Below, in pieces: positions 11,976 through 22,496 of a DNA stretch of 64,000 bases (positions within the stretch are counted from its first letter, which is position 1; the number at the start of each line of letters is the position of its first letter). This stretch comes from an uncultured Verrucomicrobiae bacterium. GTDB lineage: Bacteria; Verrucomicrobiota; Verrucomicrobiia; Limisphaerales; JAFGQR01. The stretch is from NCBI GenBank assembly GCA_963788655.1, contig CAWBHS010000038.1:182728-246727 (forward strand), written 5' to 3'. The notes under the pieces are model-generated. The model had not been told where the DNA came from. It saw only the letters and a list, made by a program, of their open reading frames with translations, and made no database searches. The translations under genes and the position numbers were made by a program.

Positions 11976-12261
11976 TGTGGCCTGAGCAATCTCGATTCAA
12001 TCGCCGTCATCTGGCTGGCCGCTTTCAACCTGGCGGCATTCGGCGCATATGCTTTCGACAAATGGTGCGCCAAACGGTCTGACGCGTCGAGTCCCCGAAA
12101 CCCTGTTAGTGATGCTGGGTGCCCTGGGAGGATGGCCCGGCGGGGCCCTCGCCATGAGTCTGTTTCGTCACAAGACGGCCAAGTGGTCGTTTAAGCTCAA
12201 GTATGCCCTCGGATTGATTCCTTTTACCGCCGCCATCTGGCTCTGGCTCCGCTGGCGCTGA
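11976..12261 (+). pseudogene. DUF1294 membrane protein, frameshifted
   Basis: NLAAFGAYAFDKWCAK, then RRVPETLL...GGWPG...FRHKTAKWSF in the next frame. Confidence 0.75.
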
Positions 12262-12373
12262 TTCCCATCTCATCAAAGAACAAACACCTCGGGGTGAAAC
12301 ATCAAGCGTGAAGCGTGAATACACACCGCCGCTTCTACGACTTTTCACGCATCACGTTTCACGCATCAATTTT

Positions 12374-12556
12374 ATGAGCAATGTTCTGAACCAGACGATT
12401 GTGCTGGTGTTGAACCGCAATTGGCAGGCGATCAACATTCGCACGCCGCAGGACGCGTTCTGTCAGATGGCGACGAACGTGGCCACGGGCCTGGACATTG
12501 AAAGCGAGGCTTGCATCCGTCCCGTCACTTGGGATGCAACTTATTCACCTAATTGA
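12374..12556 (+). pseudogene. N-terminal fragment of an HNH endonuclease
   Basis: MSNVLNQTIVLVLNRNWQAINI matches the VLVLN-type HNH N-terminus; truncated before the HNH motif. Confidence 0.65.
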
Positions 12557-12603
12557 CATTTGTTTTACAAGCGGCGGTATCCGGTTCATCCTGCCGTAGT
12601 ATT

Positions 12604-13839
12604 ATGACATCACGCGAACGAGTTCTGACCGCATTAAACCACCAGCCGCCGGATCGCATTCCCATTGATCTCTCCGGACACCGTTCCTCCGGTATTGCGG
12701 CGATTGCGTATGCCCGGCTGCGCGATTACCTCGGGCTGCCCCCAAAGCCCATCCGCGTTTACGATCCGGTCCAGCAACTGGCCATCGTGGACGAGGACGT
12801 GCTCGCGCGTTTCCGGGTGGACACCATCGAATTAGGGCGGGCGTTTGCTCTGGAAGACAAGCATTGGGCCGACTGGGTGTTGCCGGACGGCACGCCTTGC
12901 CAGATGCCGGTCTGGGCATTGCCGCAACAGGAAAACGGCGGTTGGGTGCTGCGTTCGCCCAGCGGACGCGTGGTCGCGCAGATGCCGGAAGGCGTGCTCT
13001 ACTTCGAGCAAACATATTATCCCTTCGCGGAGCAGGATGATTTGGATCGGATCGAGGAATTGTTCGACGAAGGAATGTGGACCGGCGTCAAGTCGCCCCC
13101 CGGACCGCTGGTTGCCGGACCGGACGGCGCCAAGACCTTGGCTGCGGGCGCCCAACGGCTGCGTGAACAAACCGACCGCGCCATCCTGGGATTATTCGGC
13201 GGCAATCTACTGGAGATGGGCCAGTTCTTTTATCGCAACGACAACTTTCTGATGCTGCTGGCGGGCGATCCCCAACGCGCCCACGCGTTCCTGGACAAGG
13301 TGGTTGAAATCCATCTCCGCAACCTCGACTGGTTCCTCGGCGCGGTGGGACCTTACATCGACATCATTCTATTTGGCGACGATCTCGGCATGCAGAAGGG
13401 TCCCCAAATCTCGCCGAAAATGTACCGCGAGTTTTTCCAGCCGCGGGAAAGAATCCTTTGGCAGCGGGCCAAGGAACTGGCGCCCAAGGTCAAGATTCAA
13501 CTCCATTGCTGCGGCGGCGTGCGCGAGCTGTTGGACGGGCTTATCGAAGCGGGTTTGGAAGCCATCAACCCGGTGCAAATTACTTGCAAAGGGATGGACC
13601 CGGCCGGACTGAAAAAGGATTTTGGCAAACGCCTCACCTTCTGGGGTGGCGGTTGTGACACTCGCGATATTCTCAGCCAGGGCACCCCGCAACAGGTGCG
13701 GGACCACGTGCGGCAGTTGTTGGAGATTTGGGCGCCTGGCGGCGGATACGTCTTCCAACAGGTGCATAACATCCTGGCCGATGCGTCGCCGGCCAATGTC
13801 GTGGCGATGTATGACGCGGTGAATGAGTTCGCCGGTTAA
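12604..13839 (+). CDS. Uroporphyrinogen decarboxylase-like (MtaA/CmuA-related) protein
   Basis: MTSRERV...PPDRIPID, FGDDLG, HCCG, INPVQ, FWGGGCDT, GGGYVFQQVHNI. Confidence 0.85.
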   Translation: MTSRERVLTALNHQPPDRIPIDLSGHRSSGIAAIAYARLRDYLGLPPKPIRVYDPVQQLAIVDEDVLARFRVDTIELGRAFALEDKHWADWVLPDGTPCQMPVWALPQQENGGWVLRSPSGRVVAQMPEGVLYFEQTYYPFAEQDDLDRIEELFDEGMWTGVKSPPGPLVAGPDGAKTLAAGAQRLREQTDRAILGLFGGNLLEMGQFFYRNDNFLMLLAGDPQRAHAFLDKVVEIHLRNLDWFLGAVGPYIDIILFGDDLGMQKGPQISPKMYREFFQPRERILWQRAKELAPKVKIQLHCCGGVRELLDGLIEAGLEAINPVQITCKGMDPAGLKKDFGKRLTFWGGGCDTRDILSQGTPQQVRDHVRQLLEIWAPGGGYVFQQVHNILADASPANVVAMYDAVNEFAG

Positions 13840-14458
13840 CACCGCGGCCGGTTCGCTTTCACTGGGTGTCGTCATCCTGGCGGCGGGGGCCAGTCAGCGT
13901 ATGGGGCGACCGAAACTGCTGCTGCCGTGGGGCGGCACTTCCGTGCTGGGGCATTTGCTGAGTCAGTGGCAGCAACTCGGGGCCGCGCAAATCGCCGTGG
14001 TGTGCGCCCAAGGGAACACGGCTTTGGATACTGAATTGGATCGCCTGCAATTCCCTGTCTCGGGTCGCATTGTAAATCCCCATCCCGAACAAGGGATGTT
14101 CAGTTCCATCCGTTGCGCGGCGGGCTGGAGCGGTTGGCGGTCCGAGTTGAACTTAACGCATTGGGCCATCGTGTTGGGCGACCAACCGCACTTGCAGCCG
14201 GCAACCTTGCGCAAGTTGCTCGAGTTGGTTGCCGCGCATCCGGAAAACATTTGTCAACCCAGCCGGAACGGACGCGGTCGGCATCCAGTGGTGTTGCCGA
14301 AGCGGGTCTTCCAACAACTGCCGGATGCCCCGGAATCAAACCTCAAGCAATTCCTTGGACGTTGGGCGTCCCTCGTGGCCCGCTGCGAACAGGACGATCC
14401 GGGATTGGACCTCGATCTGGACATGCCCGCGGATTACGAACGCGCCCGGCGATTGTGA
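13823..14458 (+). CDS. MobA/MocA-like nucleotidyltransferase
   Basis: ILAAGASQRMGRPKLLLPWG, GMFSS, LGDQP, GRHPV, DLDMPADY. Confidence 0.88.
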   Translation: MSSPVNTAAGSLSLGVVILAAGASQRMGRPKLLLPWGGTSVLGHLLSQWQQLGAAQIAVVCAQGNTALDTELDRLQFPVSGRIVNPHPEQGMFSSIRCAAGWSGWRSELNLTHWAIVLGDQPHLQPATLRKLLELVAAHPENICQPSRNGRGRHPVVLPKRVFQQLPDAPESNLKQFLGRWASLVARCEQDDPGLDLDLDMPADYERARRL

Positions 14459-14656
14459 TTCGGTGGGCGGACTGAATTGTACGGACTTTGAGGTGGCCAG
14501 AGCCTGTGTCACTTTGAGCACCCTCATGGTTCCTACAGATGCCAAGCCAATCCAAAGCCAACATCCAGCCGGCTTTGAATGAGCACTCCTCCACTGCAAG
14601 AGTGAACAGGTCAGGCTGCTTACAGACGATACTCTCCATTTCGAGACGAAGGATTC

Positions 14657-15451
14657 CTATTGCTTGGGGGCCGCCCATGCTACGGCGTTGCGCATGATTT
14701 GCCGGACCTCGGGGCGGAAGAAATCGTTGTAGGTTTCGTGGCCGGGTGTGAAGTAGAAGACCCGCCCCTTGCCCACAGTCCAGCAGAGACCCATTCGACC
14801 CGTTTGCGTCTGGCCGTTGGGCTTGGTGTAGATGCCGTCCAAGGGCACCGCTTCCGGTTCCGGCACGGCAAACGGTTCGCCATAGCGTTCAATCTTCGGC
14901 AACTCAAAATCTTTCACGCCTTGGACAATCGGGTGATTGGGTTCCTTGATAATGATCTTCACCGAGGTGCCATCGGCCTGGTATTCGCGCCAACTGCACC
15001 GCGTGCCCATCAGTCGCTTATATGGCTTGGCAAAATGCGACGAGTGGAGCGCGATGAATCCCATGCCGTCCTGTTTCACCCGGCGCTCGATGCGGTCCAC
15101 GAGACCGTTCTTCACGTCGCCGTGCTTCTGGTGCCCCCACCACATCAGCACATCCGTCGCATTCAGCCGTTCGTCATTCAGCCCTTGATCGGGATCGTTG
15201 AGGCTGGCAGTGATGACTTCCCAGCCTTCCAGGCTTTTGAAGCCCTCGGCGATGGCACCGCTGATGTCGTGCGGATACGTGTCCTTGGGCGCGGTGCCTT
15301 CGGTCCAGATCACAACCCGGCGTTGGCCGGTCGCGGCATGGAGCGCGGAGGGTAACAGCAAGGTGCCGACCGCGGCGGCACTGAGGCCAAGCATGCGGCG
15401 ACGGGAAATGGGTAAGGTGGCTGAATTGTCGGTAAGAGTAGTTGATTTCAT
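14657..15451 (-). CDS. Tat-exported ThuA-like (trehalose utilization) protein
   Basis: SRRRML Tat motif; DVLMWWGH, LHSSHF, YGEPF, FYFTPGHETY. Confidence 0.88.
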   Translation of the reverse strand: MKSTTLTDNSATLPISRRRMLGLSAAAVGTLLLPSALHAATGQRRVVIWTEGTAPKDTYPHDISGAIAEGFKSLEGWEVITASLNDPDQGLNDERLNATDVLMWWGHQKHGDVKNGLVDRIERRVKQDGMGFIALHSSHFAKPYKRLMGTRCSWREYQADGTSVKIIIKEPNHPIVQGVKDFELPKIERYGEPFAVPEPEAVPLDGIYTKPNGQTQTGRMGLCWTVGKGRVFYFTPGHETYNDFFRPEVRQIMRNAVAWAAPKQ

Positions 15452-15643
15452 GCGTGGATGGTTGAGACACCAAAGATGGGAATCAAGGAGGAAATGCGGT
15501 TGGAGAGGTTAAAGGTTGAAAGGTTAAAGATTTGATGCGGAAGAAATGTTGAAATGCCAGCGAACGTCTTCTTCCGCTTCAATCTTTCAATCCTTCAACG
15601 GGTTTGCGCCTATCGTGCTCCCGAGTCAAAACAGCATTGCCAA

Positions 15644-16243
15644 CTACACCGACTTCTTCCGCTTCCGTTTGGGCTTGAACAGTTCGAGCTGGGGCTCGCG
15701 GATGAAATCGTAATTCTTCAAAATGCGAATCATCTGGAGCAGGTCAGATTTCTGGTAATTGCGGTTCACCTCGATTTGCGCAATCAGGTCGGCCAGCAAC
15801 GTGCGAAAGGGAATCACCGCGTCCACCCCTTTGGCGCGCAGCAGTTCGAAGCTCTGCTGCCGGGCTTCTTCCTGCGCCGGCAGGGCCGGCACCACGAGCA
15901 ATTTGGTCAGCGGGCCATCCGCGCCAAACGAACGTTTGGCGTGTTCGAAAATCGCCGGCTCCAAAAAACGGAAGATCTCCGGAGTGTTGGCCATCAGGCT
16001 GGCCCCGAACGTGTCCGTGTGCCAGCCCTTCACCACGACCACGGCGCGCGCGATGTGCCGCAAATCGGGCGAGGTCAACACGACGGGCAGGTCAGTGGTG
16101 GGTTCCGCCAACGGGTTGAGCACATAGAAATCAATCTCATCTACGTCGGCTCGGCCACGGGGGATGTACTTGCGCTGTTGCCGGACGAAAAAGCCGTGCA
16201 GCTCGAAATACTCGCGGACGATGGTTTCACTGACGGCAGCCAT
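15644..16243 (-). CDS. Hypothetical protein, possible PD-(D/E)XK-like fold
   Basis: ETIVREYFELHGF...EIDFYV...VKGWH; directly downstream of aroB. Confidence 0.7.
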   Translation of the reverse strand: MAAVSETIVREYFELHGFFVRQQRKYIPRGRADVDEIDFYVLNPLAEPTTDLPVVLTSPDLRHIARAVVVVKGWHTDTFGASLMANTPEIFRFLEPAIFEHAKRSFGADGPLTKLLVVPALPAQEEARQQSFELLRAKGVDAVIPFRTLLADLIAQIEVNRNYQKSDLLQMIRILKNYDFIREPQLELFKPKRKRKKSV

Positions 16244-16248
16244 AGAGC

Positions 16249-17349
16249 TTAGCGAGGAGTTGAGGATTGTTGGTCGAGCGATTGCGCCACGAGATCTTCC
16301 GGCACTTTTTGGCCCCATACGACCTGGCCAATTCGCTTCGCCAGCACGAACTTGATTTCACCGCCGCTGACTTTCTTGTCGAGGCGCATGGCGGCGAACA
16401 ATCGCTTCCGTTGGCCGGTGTTCAGGTTAATTCGTGTGGGCAGACCGGCTCGTTCGAACAAGGCGCGAATCCGTTGCCCATCCTTGTCAGGCAATCCCAT
16501 CAACTGCGCGGACAACCACGCCGCGGCGACCTGCCCGATGGCAATGGCTTCGCCGTGCAGGTATTTGCCGTAGCCGGAAATCGCTTCGATGCCGTGCCCA
16601 ATCGTGTGCCCGAAATTCAAAATGGCGCGCAGCCCGCCCTCCTTTTCGTCCTGCCCCACCACGGCCGCCTTGATGGCGCAACAGCGGGCGATCACTGCCG
16701 CCAGCCGCGACGGGTCAAGCTTCAGCAACTGTGGCAACTCACGTTCCAAGCGGCGGAACAAGGCCGCGTCGTAAATGATGCCGTATTTGATGACTTCCGC
16801 CATTCCGGCGCGAAATTCGCGAGGGGGCAGGGTGGTCAACGTGCCCAGATCGCACAGCACGATCCGCGGCTGATAAAAGGCGCCGACCAGATTCTTGCCG
16901 GCTTTGAGATTGACGCCCACTTTGCCGCCCACGGAACTGTCCACCTGGGCCAACAGAGTGGTGGGTACCTGAACAAAAGCAACACCGCGCAAATACGTGG
17001 CCGCTACGAAACCCGCCAAATCCCCCACCACGCCGCCCCCCAGCGCGATGATGAACGATTGGCGCTCGAGTCGATGGCGGGCCAGGTGGTCATAGCAAGC
17101 TTGCACATTCTGCAAACGCTTGGCTTTTTCTCCGGCGGTCACCGTGATCAGGGTCGGATCGAAACCCGCGGCAGCCAGACTGTCCAATGCCGTGCGGGCA
17201 TACCGAGTCGTCACGTTACTGTCGGAAATTACCGCGCACCGTTTGCCCAGGCCAAGCCGCCCACATTCTGTCCCCAAGCGCGGCAGCAAGCCGGTTCCAA
17301 TCCGGATGGCATAGCTCCGTTCGCCCAGGGGTACACTGACATTACGCAT
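16249..17349 (-). CDS. aroB: 3-dehydroquinate synthase
   Basis: ALGGGVVGD, PTTLLAQVDSSVGGKVGVN, GKNLVGAFYQP, LNFGHTIGH, HGEA, DKK. Confidence 0.97.
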   Translation of the reverse strand: MRNVSVPLGERSYAIRIGTGLLPRLGTECGRLGLGKRCAVISDSNVTTRYARTALDSLAAAGFDPTLITVTAGEKAKRLQNVQACYDHLARHRLERQSFIIALGGGVVGDLAGFVAATYLRGVAFVQVPTTLLAQVDSSVGGKVGVNLKAGKNLVGAFYQPRIVLCDLGTLTTLPPREFRAGMAEVIKYGIIYDAALFRRLERELPQLLKLDPSRLAAVIARCCAIKAAVVGQDEKEGGLRAILNFGHTIGHGIEAISGYGKYLHGEAIAIGQVAAAWLSAQLMGLPDKDGQRIRALFERAGLPTRINLNTGQRKRLFAAMRLDKKVSGGEIKFVLAKRIGQVVWGQKVPEDLVAQSLDQQSSTPR

Positions 17350-17411
17350 GGCCGAAGCATAGGAATGCACCCCCCGCAGCGCAACGCGCAAAGCGCGCCG
17401 CCGCATTACAG

Positions 17412-17530
17412 CGTAGGATAGGCGTCCCGCCTGTCCCGAACTGGCCAACGACATTCAATCACATCTGTAACGTCCAATAAACAGTGGGCATCTGGTGGAC
17501 GTTCGGGACAGCCGGGACGGCTGTCCTACG
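17412..17530. repeat. Inverted REP-like pair
   Basis: CGTAGGATAGGCGTCCCGCCTGTCCC ... GGGACAGCCGGGACGGCTGTCCTACG. Confidence 0.7.
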
Positions 17531-17610
17531 TAGGCGCGACGTTCGGAAGCCAGCGGGAATTTCCCTTCCTTTTCCATGGAGCGTTTCCTTGTTTTCGCTA
17601 TAACTCTCCG

Positions 17611-20600
17611 CATGACTTATTTGCCTGCACATCGCAAGGTACTGCCCTCCCGGAGCATCCACCTCCAATCCTTGCTGGCCTTGTTGCTGTGTCTCGGTTG
17701 CCTCGGCCCGCTGGGTGTCAATATGCCGATCGGTAAAGCTGCGGAAGCGCAAGCCCCCCTGGATCAAGATTCCATGAACGCCGAAGAAAAAGCTCAGCCC
17801 GCTGCCGAATCAACCCAACGCCGGCTGAGGTCACATCGCTCCGCCTGATCCCTTTTCCCAAGGAGGTGCAGCGGACTGAAGGCAGTTTCGCGATGAAGAT
17901 CGCCCAAGTCCTCTCGATCACCGGACCTGCCTTCGCAAAGTCCGGCGACCTCGTCCGTCAAGAAATGGAGCGAGTGGGGCTAACCACCCCCCTCTTAGTT
18001 CAATGGACCGACGCCGACCGGCCGGCGTTGCGACTGGCTGCCGCGACGGGCGGCAAAGTGCTGGATGTCAACCTGCCTGCCACGGGAACGGAGGAAGGGT
18101 ACGCCCTGGCTGTGGAGCCTGACGCGATCCGCATCGTGGCAGCGACCGAAGCCGGATTGTTCCACGGCATTGAAACCCTTTGCCAACTCATCCGGGCCAA
18201 TCGGGAAGGGAATCGCATTCCGTGCCTGACCATTCGCGACTGGCCATCCCTCCGCTGGCGCTGTTTCCAGGACGACCTGACGCGCGGCCCCAGCACCAGG
18301 CCCGACGTGTTGCTGCGCCAGCTTGAACTGGGCGCCTTCTTCAAACACAATCTCTTCACCTACTACATGGAATATCAATATGCCTGGAAGAAACACCCCT
18401 CGCTCGGTCCGCCGGATGGCTCCTTGTCCCCGGAGGCACTGAAATGGTTGGTGGAGTATGGCCGTGACGTTCACGTGGACATCCTGGGGAACCAACAATC
18501 GTTTGGCCACTTTGGCCGCATTCTCCAGCATCCGGAATACGCCCCGCTTCGCGAGACGGCCGATGTGTTGTGCCCGGTCCAGGAGGGGAGCTATCAGCTT
18601 CTGGACGATCTTTATTCGGAAGTCGTGCCGCTGCTGCCGCTACCCTTCTTCAACGTGTGTTGCGACGAAACCTACGGCCTGGGCGAAGGACCGTCGAAAG
18701 ATCTCGCTCGTCAAATCGGTGTCGGCGGAGTCTATGCCCGTCACCTGCGGCGCATTCATGACCTGCTGAAAGACAAATATGGCAAACGAATGATGATGTG
18801 GGGCGACATCATTTTGCAGCATCCCGATCACCTGAAGGAGATCCCCAAGGACACGATCATGCTCACTTGGGGTTACGATCCGCGAAAGAGCTTCGAGGGA
18901 CAAATCCTTCCCTTCGCGCAATCGGGCTACGACTTCTTTGTGTGTCCCGGCGTAAATAATTGGAGCCGTATTCTGCCCGATTTTGGTGCCACCCTGGTCA
19001 ACATTCGCAACTTCGTCCGCGACGGCGTGAAGCACGGCGCGCTGGGCATGCTCAACACGGCCTGGGATGATGACGGCGAGAATTTCAACGCCCCGAGTTG
19101 GCACGGTTACGCGTGGGGCGCCGAGTGCGCCTGGAACGCCTCCACCACCACGCCCGACAACTTCAACCGCCGGATTGGCGCCGTGCTGTTCGGGGAACCT
19201 GGCGACCATTTCGGACAGGCGATTGAGTTGCTGGCCCAGACTCATCGTTTGCCGGGCATGCGCGGCATGAACAACGCGCGTTTTTGGCAACTCGACCTCG
19301 AGGCTCCGCCAGCCAATGTCGCGACTGCCACGCGGTTGCTCGCGCTCGTTCGACCCGCGATCGACCATCTGCTGGCCTGTCAGCACGAAGCCACCGCCAA
19401 TGCCGATCTGCTGGACTATTTCCTGTTTGGCGCCCGGCGGATGGAGCAGATTGGGCAACGAATTCTCGACACCATCGAGGCCGCCAAAGCGTACCAGGAT
19501 GCGGGCGAACTGCCACCGGCGCAGGCTGGATTGCATGTCGAGAAAGCTGTTGCGATCATTCAAAAACTTCGTGATGCCCACGCCGCGCTCGGTCGGCAAT
19601 TTACGCAGTTGTGGCTTGGAGAGAATAATCCTTACGCGCTCGACTGGACCATGCGCCGCTACGAGAAGGCCGTGTCCACTTACCAGGCGCTGCTCACGCG
19701 GCTCGCTGCGGCAAGAGTGGCCGCATACTCCGGTAAGGCCATTCCCACAGCACACGAAATCGGATTGGAAGATGCGGAACCCGGTGCGCGGCGCACCCAC
19801 CCGGACCGAGTGGTGCCAACGCTGCTGCAACCTGATGCGCCGTGGCTCGAGCCACAGGCCAGTCACCGCCTGGGACTGGAGATTGCCGCCGGAGCAATTG
19901 AGCGCGCCGAACTGCCGGTGGAGGTCGATCTAAAATTGCCTGCTGAACTGGCGACCAAACCCATCCGCGCCTTTCGCCGGATGGCCGGCAATGAGGCGCA
20001 GGAAGTGCCAGCCCAACTCGACCTGGTTGGCGAGACCAAACAACCGCGGCTTGTGCTCATGCTGCGCGATCCGTTGGCAAAGGATACATGCACGGTGGTT
20101 GATGTTTACCTGGGGCTGCCCGCGTCCCCCAAACCGTTGCCCGAATCGGTCTCAACCGCTGACGCGCCGAACGGAATGAAGTGGCTGGAAAATGACCAGG
20201 TGCGGCTGCTCCTTGGTCCGGAAGGCGCCCACCTTTACCGCTGGGACGTCAAGCCGCTGAACCATCGCGACCTGACGATGCCGGGCGAGACTTCGTGGTT
20301 CGGGTTTGCCGACCTTGGTGGCGAATGGCGCTCGACTCCCAACACGCTGGTGGCCATCCCCCGTGGACCTGCCCTCGTGCGCTATCGTTGCACCGACCAA
20401 TTCGGCACCGAAAAGACGGTCAGCCTGTTTGCCGGTGCCTCCTGGGCGGAAGTTACGTTGAATGAAAATGTCGCGTACTTTTGGGCATTGGATGATCCGC
20501 AGAACTTTGCCGCCGACGGCCCCACGCCCGGCCGCTACCTGTTCTCCACTGGTGCTGCCGGGGCAGTGGGCCGCGCAGCGGATGGCGTCGCGGCGCAGGT

Positions 20601-20883
20601 CAAGGCCGACCGTGCGGAGTGGAGTGTCAAGTACTTGCCCGGCAAATTGGCGTTGGGTTTGGCCACGCCGGGCACGCTTACTCGCCACGTTCTGGCGCCG
20701 GGGGGAGGGGCAGGCGGCGTGGGCATTGAAGGTGGGCCGGGGGCTAGTCATTTCGTCATCTACGGCGGCCCGCTCGGAGCCGAACTGGCAGTGCTGATGA
20801 ACCGACTAATCCGGACGCTGGATTTCCGAAAACCGGTGACAGTAAGCGTCCATGGACTTCAGAGCAATCCGGCCAACCGGTAA
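17611..20883 (+). CDS. GH20-like beta-hexosaminidase with long C-terminal extension; frameshift near 17820 separates the signal peptide
   Basis: LIPFPKEV, EGYAL, GLFHGIETL, IRDWP, DDLTRG, CCDETY, MMMWGD, TAWDDDG. Confidence 0.8.
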
Positions 20884-20946
20884 AAGTTGTTAAAAGAAAA
20901 TGGCGACGGTGACGCGTCAGAGAGTTACGGGTGGCCTCCAACAATC

Positions 20947-21080
20947 GCGCAGCGTTTGGAGTGCGTGGCACTTGCTCCCGCTTTCGTTCGCTGCGGAACG
21001 GGCCAAGGCCAAACTAACAAGCGCGTGATTTTGACCGTCATTCCTGTCGGAAAAGCGCCGGCAAGCTCCGCGCACTGAAA
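20947..21080. repeat. REP-like palindrome (TTGGAGTGC family); relatives at 26626-26710 and 56151-56190
   Basis: GCGTTTGGAGTGCGTGGCACTTGCTCCCGCTTT ... AAAGCGCCGGCAAGCTCCGCGCAC. Confidence 0.7.
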
Positions 21081-21091
21081 CCCGGCAGCGA

Positions 21092-21215
21092 TTGGTGGCC
21101 GACTTGGATCAAAATCATCCCGCGTGGGCCGTGCTTTATCAGGTGGACGACCTCTATGGCTACCTCGGCACGGCGGACGTGCTGGGCACCGATCCATATC
21201 CCATTCCCAAGCGTT
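21092..21215 (+). pseudogene. Internal fragment of a putative TIM-barrel glycoside hydrolase
   Basis: LDQNHPAW...YLGTADVLGTDPYPIP (D.HP ... DPYP pattern). Confidence 0.4.
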
Positions 21216-21413
21216 CCGTGCGGCACCAGAGGGTGAGGTTCAAACCAAACACGAGGCTTGCGCCGAGGACATGGTGTCACTCTTTGTGCCACGCCACCTC
21301 GTTGCGGCCCACCCTCAATTGGAGCTCGGGAAAAAGAAAAGTTGACAGTGTGGCCGCATGAGGCCACATTACCTCGCGTGAAACGGAAACTGACCAAATA
21401 TCCGGGGCCAAAA

Positions 21414-21701
21414 ATGAAAACGGAAGCCTTGAAAGAAGCCGCCTTGGCCAGAGAACCACCACGTCAATTGGTGAATGTCCGAGCCGCCAAAGACCAGTTG
21501 TCCAGTCTGCTGGAACAGGCCGCCAGGGGAAATGAGGTCATCATCACCAGCGACGGCGTGCCCAAAGCCAAACTGGTGCCGTTCTTGGCGGCCCGGAAAC
21601 CATTTCGGGTGGATTGGGAACACCTGCGCGCCCTGAAGCCGAAGGCTGGCGGAAAGTCCGCCGCAGAACTGGTCCGCGAAGATCGTGATGGCCGTGACTA
21701 G
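21414..21701 (+). CDS. Phd/YefM antitoxin
   Basis: VNVRAAKDQLSSLLEQAARGNEVIITSDGVPKAKLVP. Confidence 0.88.
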   Translation: MKTEALKEAALAREPPRQLVNVRAAKDQLSSLLEQAARGNEVIITSDGVPKAKLVPFLAARKPFRVDWEHLRALKPKAGGKSAAELVREDRDGRD

Positions 21702-21836
21702 CTGCAGCGAAGTCGGTGTGCCGAAGTGGCGGAGCGTCGTGCTTCGCCACTACCCGCATCAACACCTATCACACTTTTCCTGGCGACTCACGGCACCGCT
21801 TCACTCCGTTTAGCCTTTCAACCCTTCACCTCGTTT

Positions 21837-22265
21837 GTGTATCTCGATACGGCCATTCTCGTAAAGCTCCTGGCACCCGAGCCGGACAGCGAGTTCTTCG
21901 GCAACCTGACCGATGGACAATTGCTTTCCTCGGCCTGGCTGGCATACACCGAAACGTGGTCAGCGCTGTTGGCCAAAGAACGCGCGGGAACGATTACCGC
22001 GCCGCAACGGCGGAAAGCGTGGCGCGTCTTTGAAACGCATCTGCGCGAGGAGACCATCTGGCTGGCCCCGACCACGGAAGCCATTTACCGCCGGGCCAAT
22101 CGGATTCTCGAAAACTGCCATCCTCAAGTGGCGTTGCGCTCGCTGGACGCGTTGCACTTGGCCACGTGCGATCAACTCCAGGATTGGCCGCTGTGTACCA
22201 CGGACAAACGAATGCTCGCCGCGGCGGCGCACCTTGATTTCCCGACCACGCCCTTGCCGGCGTAA
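21837..22265 (+). CDS. VapC PIN-domain toxin
   Basis: YLDTAILVK, LRSLDALHLA, TTDKRM. Confidence 0.88.
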   Translation: MYLDTAILVKLLAPEPDSEFFGNLTDGQLLSSAWLAYTETWSALLAKERAGTITAPQRRKAWRVFETHLREETIWLAPTTEAIYRRANRILENCHPQVALRSLDALHLATCDQLQDWPLCTTDKRMLAAAAHLDFPTTPLPA

Positions 22266-22330
22266 TGTCATCGCCAAGTCCGAGCTGGGAACTACGGACG
22301 GACACGGATCAAAGACTGTTTAAGAGATTG

Positions 22331-22397
22331 TAGCCGCCGACGTAACAGGGAGGTTCCTAGCCGCCCAATCATGTCTGCCTCCTCACGTTGGTGGCCA
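22331..22397. repeat. GTAG-type REP pair; relatives at 32637-32703 and 53981-54004
   Basis: GTAGCCGCCGACGT...CTCACGTTGGTGGCCAC. Confidence 0.65.
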
Positions 22398-22496
22398 CAG
22401 TGTCGGCGGGTGAAGAGAGGTATGAAAATTCCGGGCTCGTTTTTCAAGCCCACCGTTTCCGGATTTGCGACAGACTGAGCCGCTGCTGCCCCCTCG

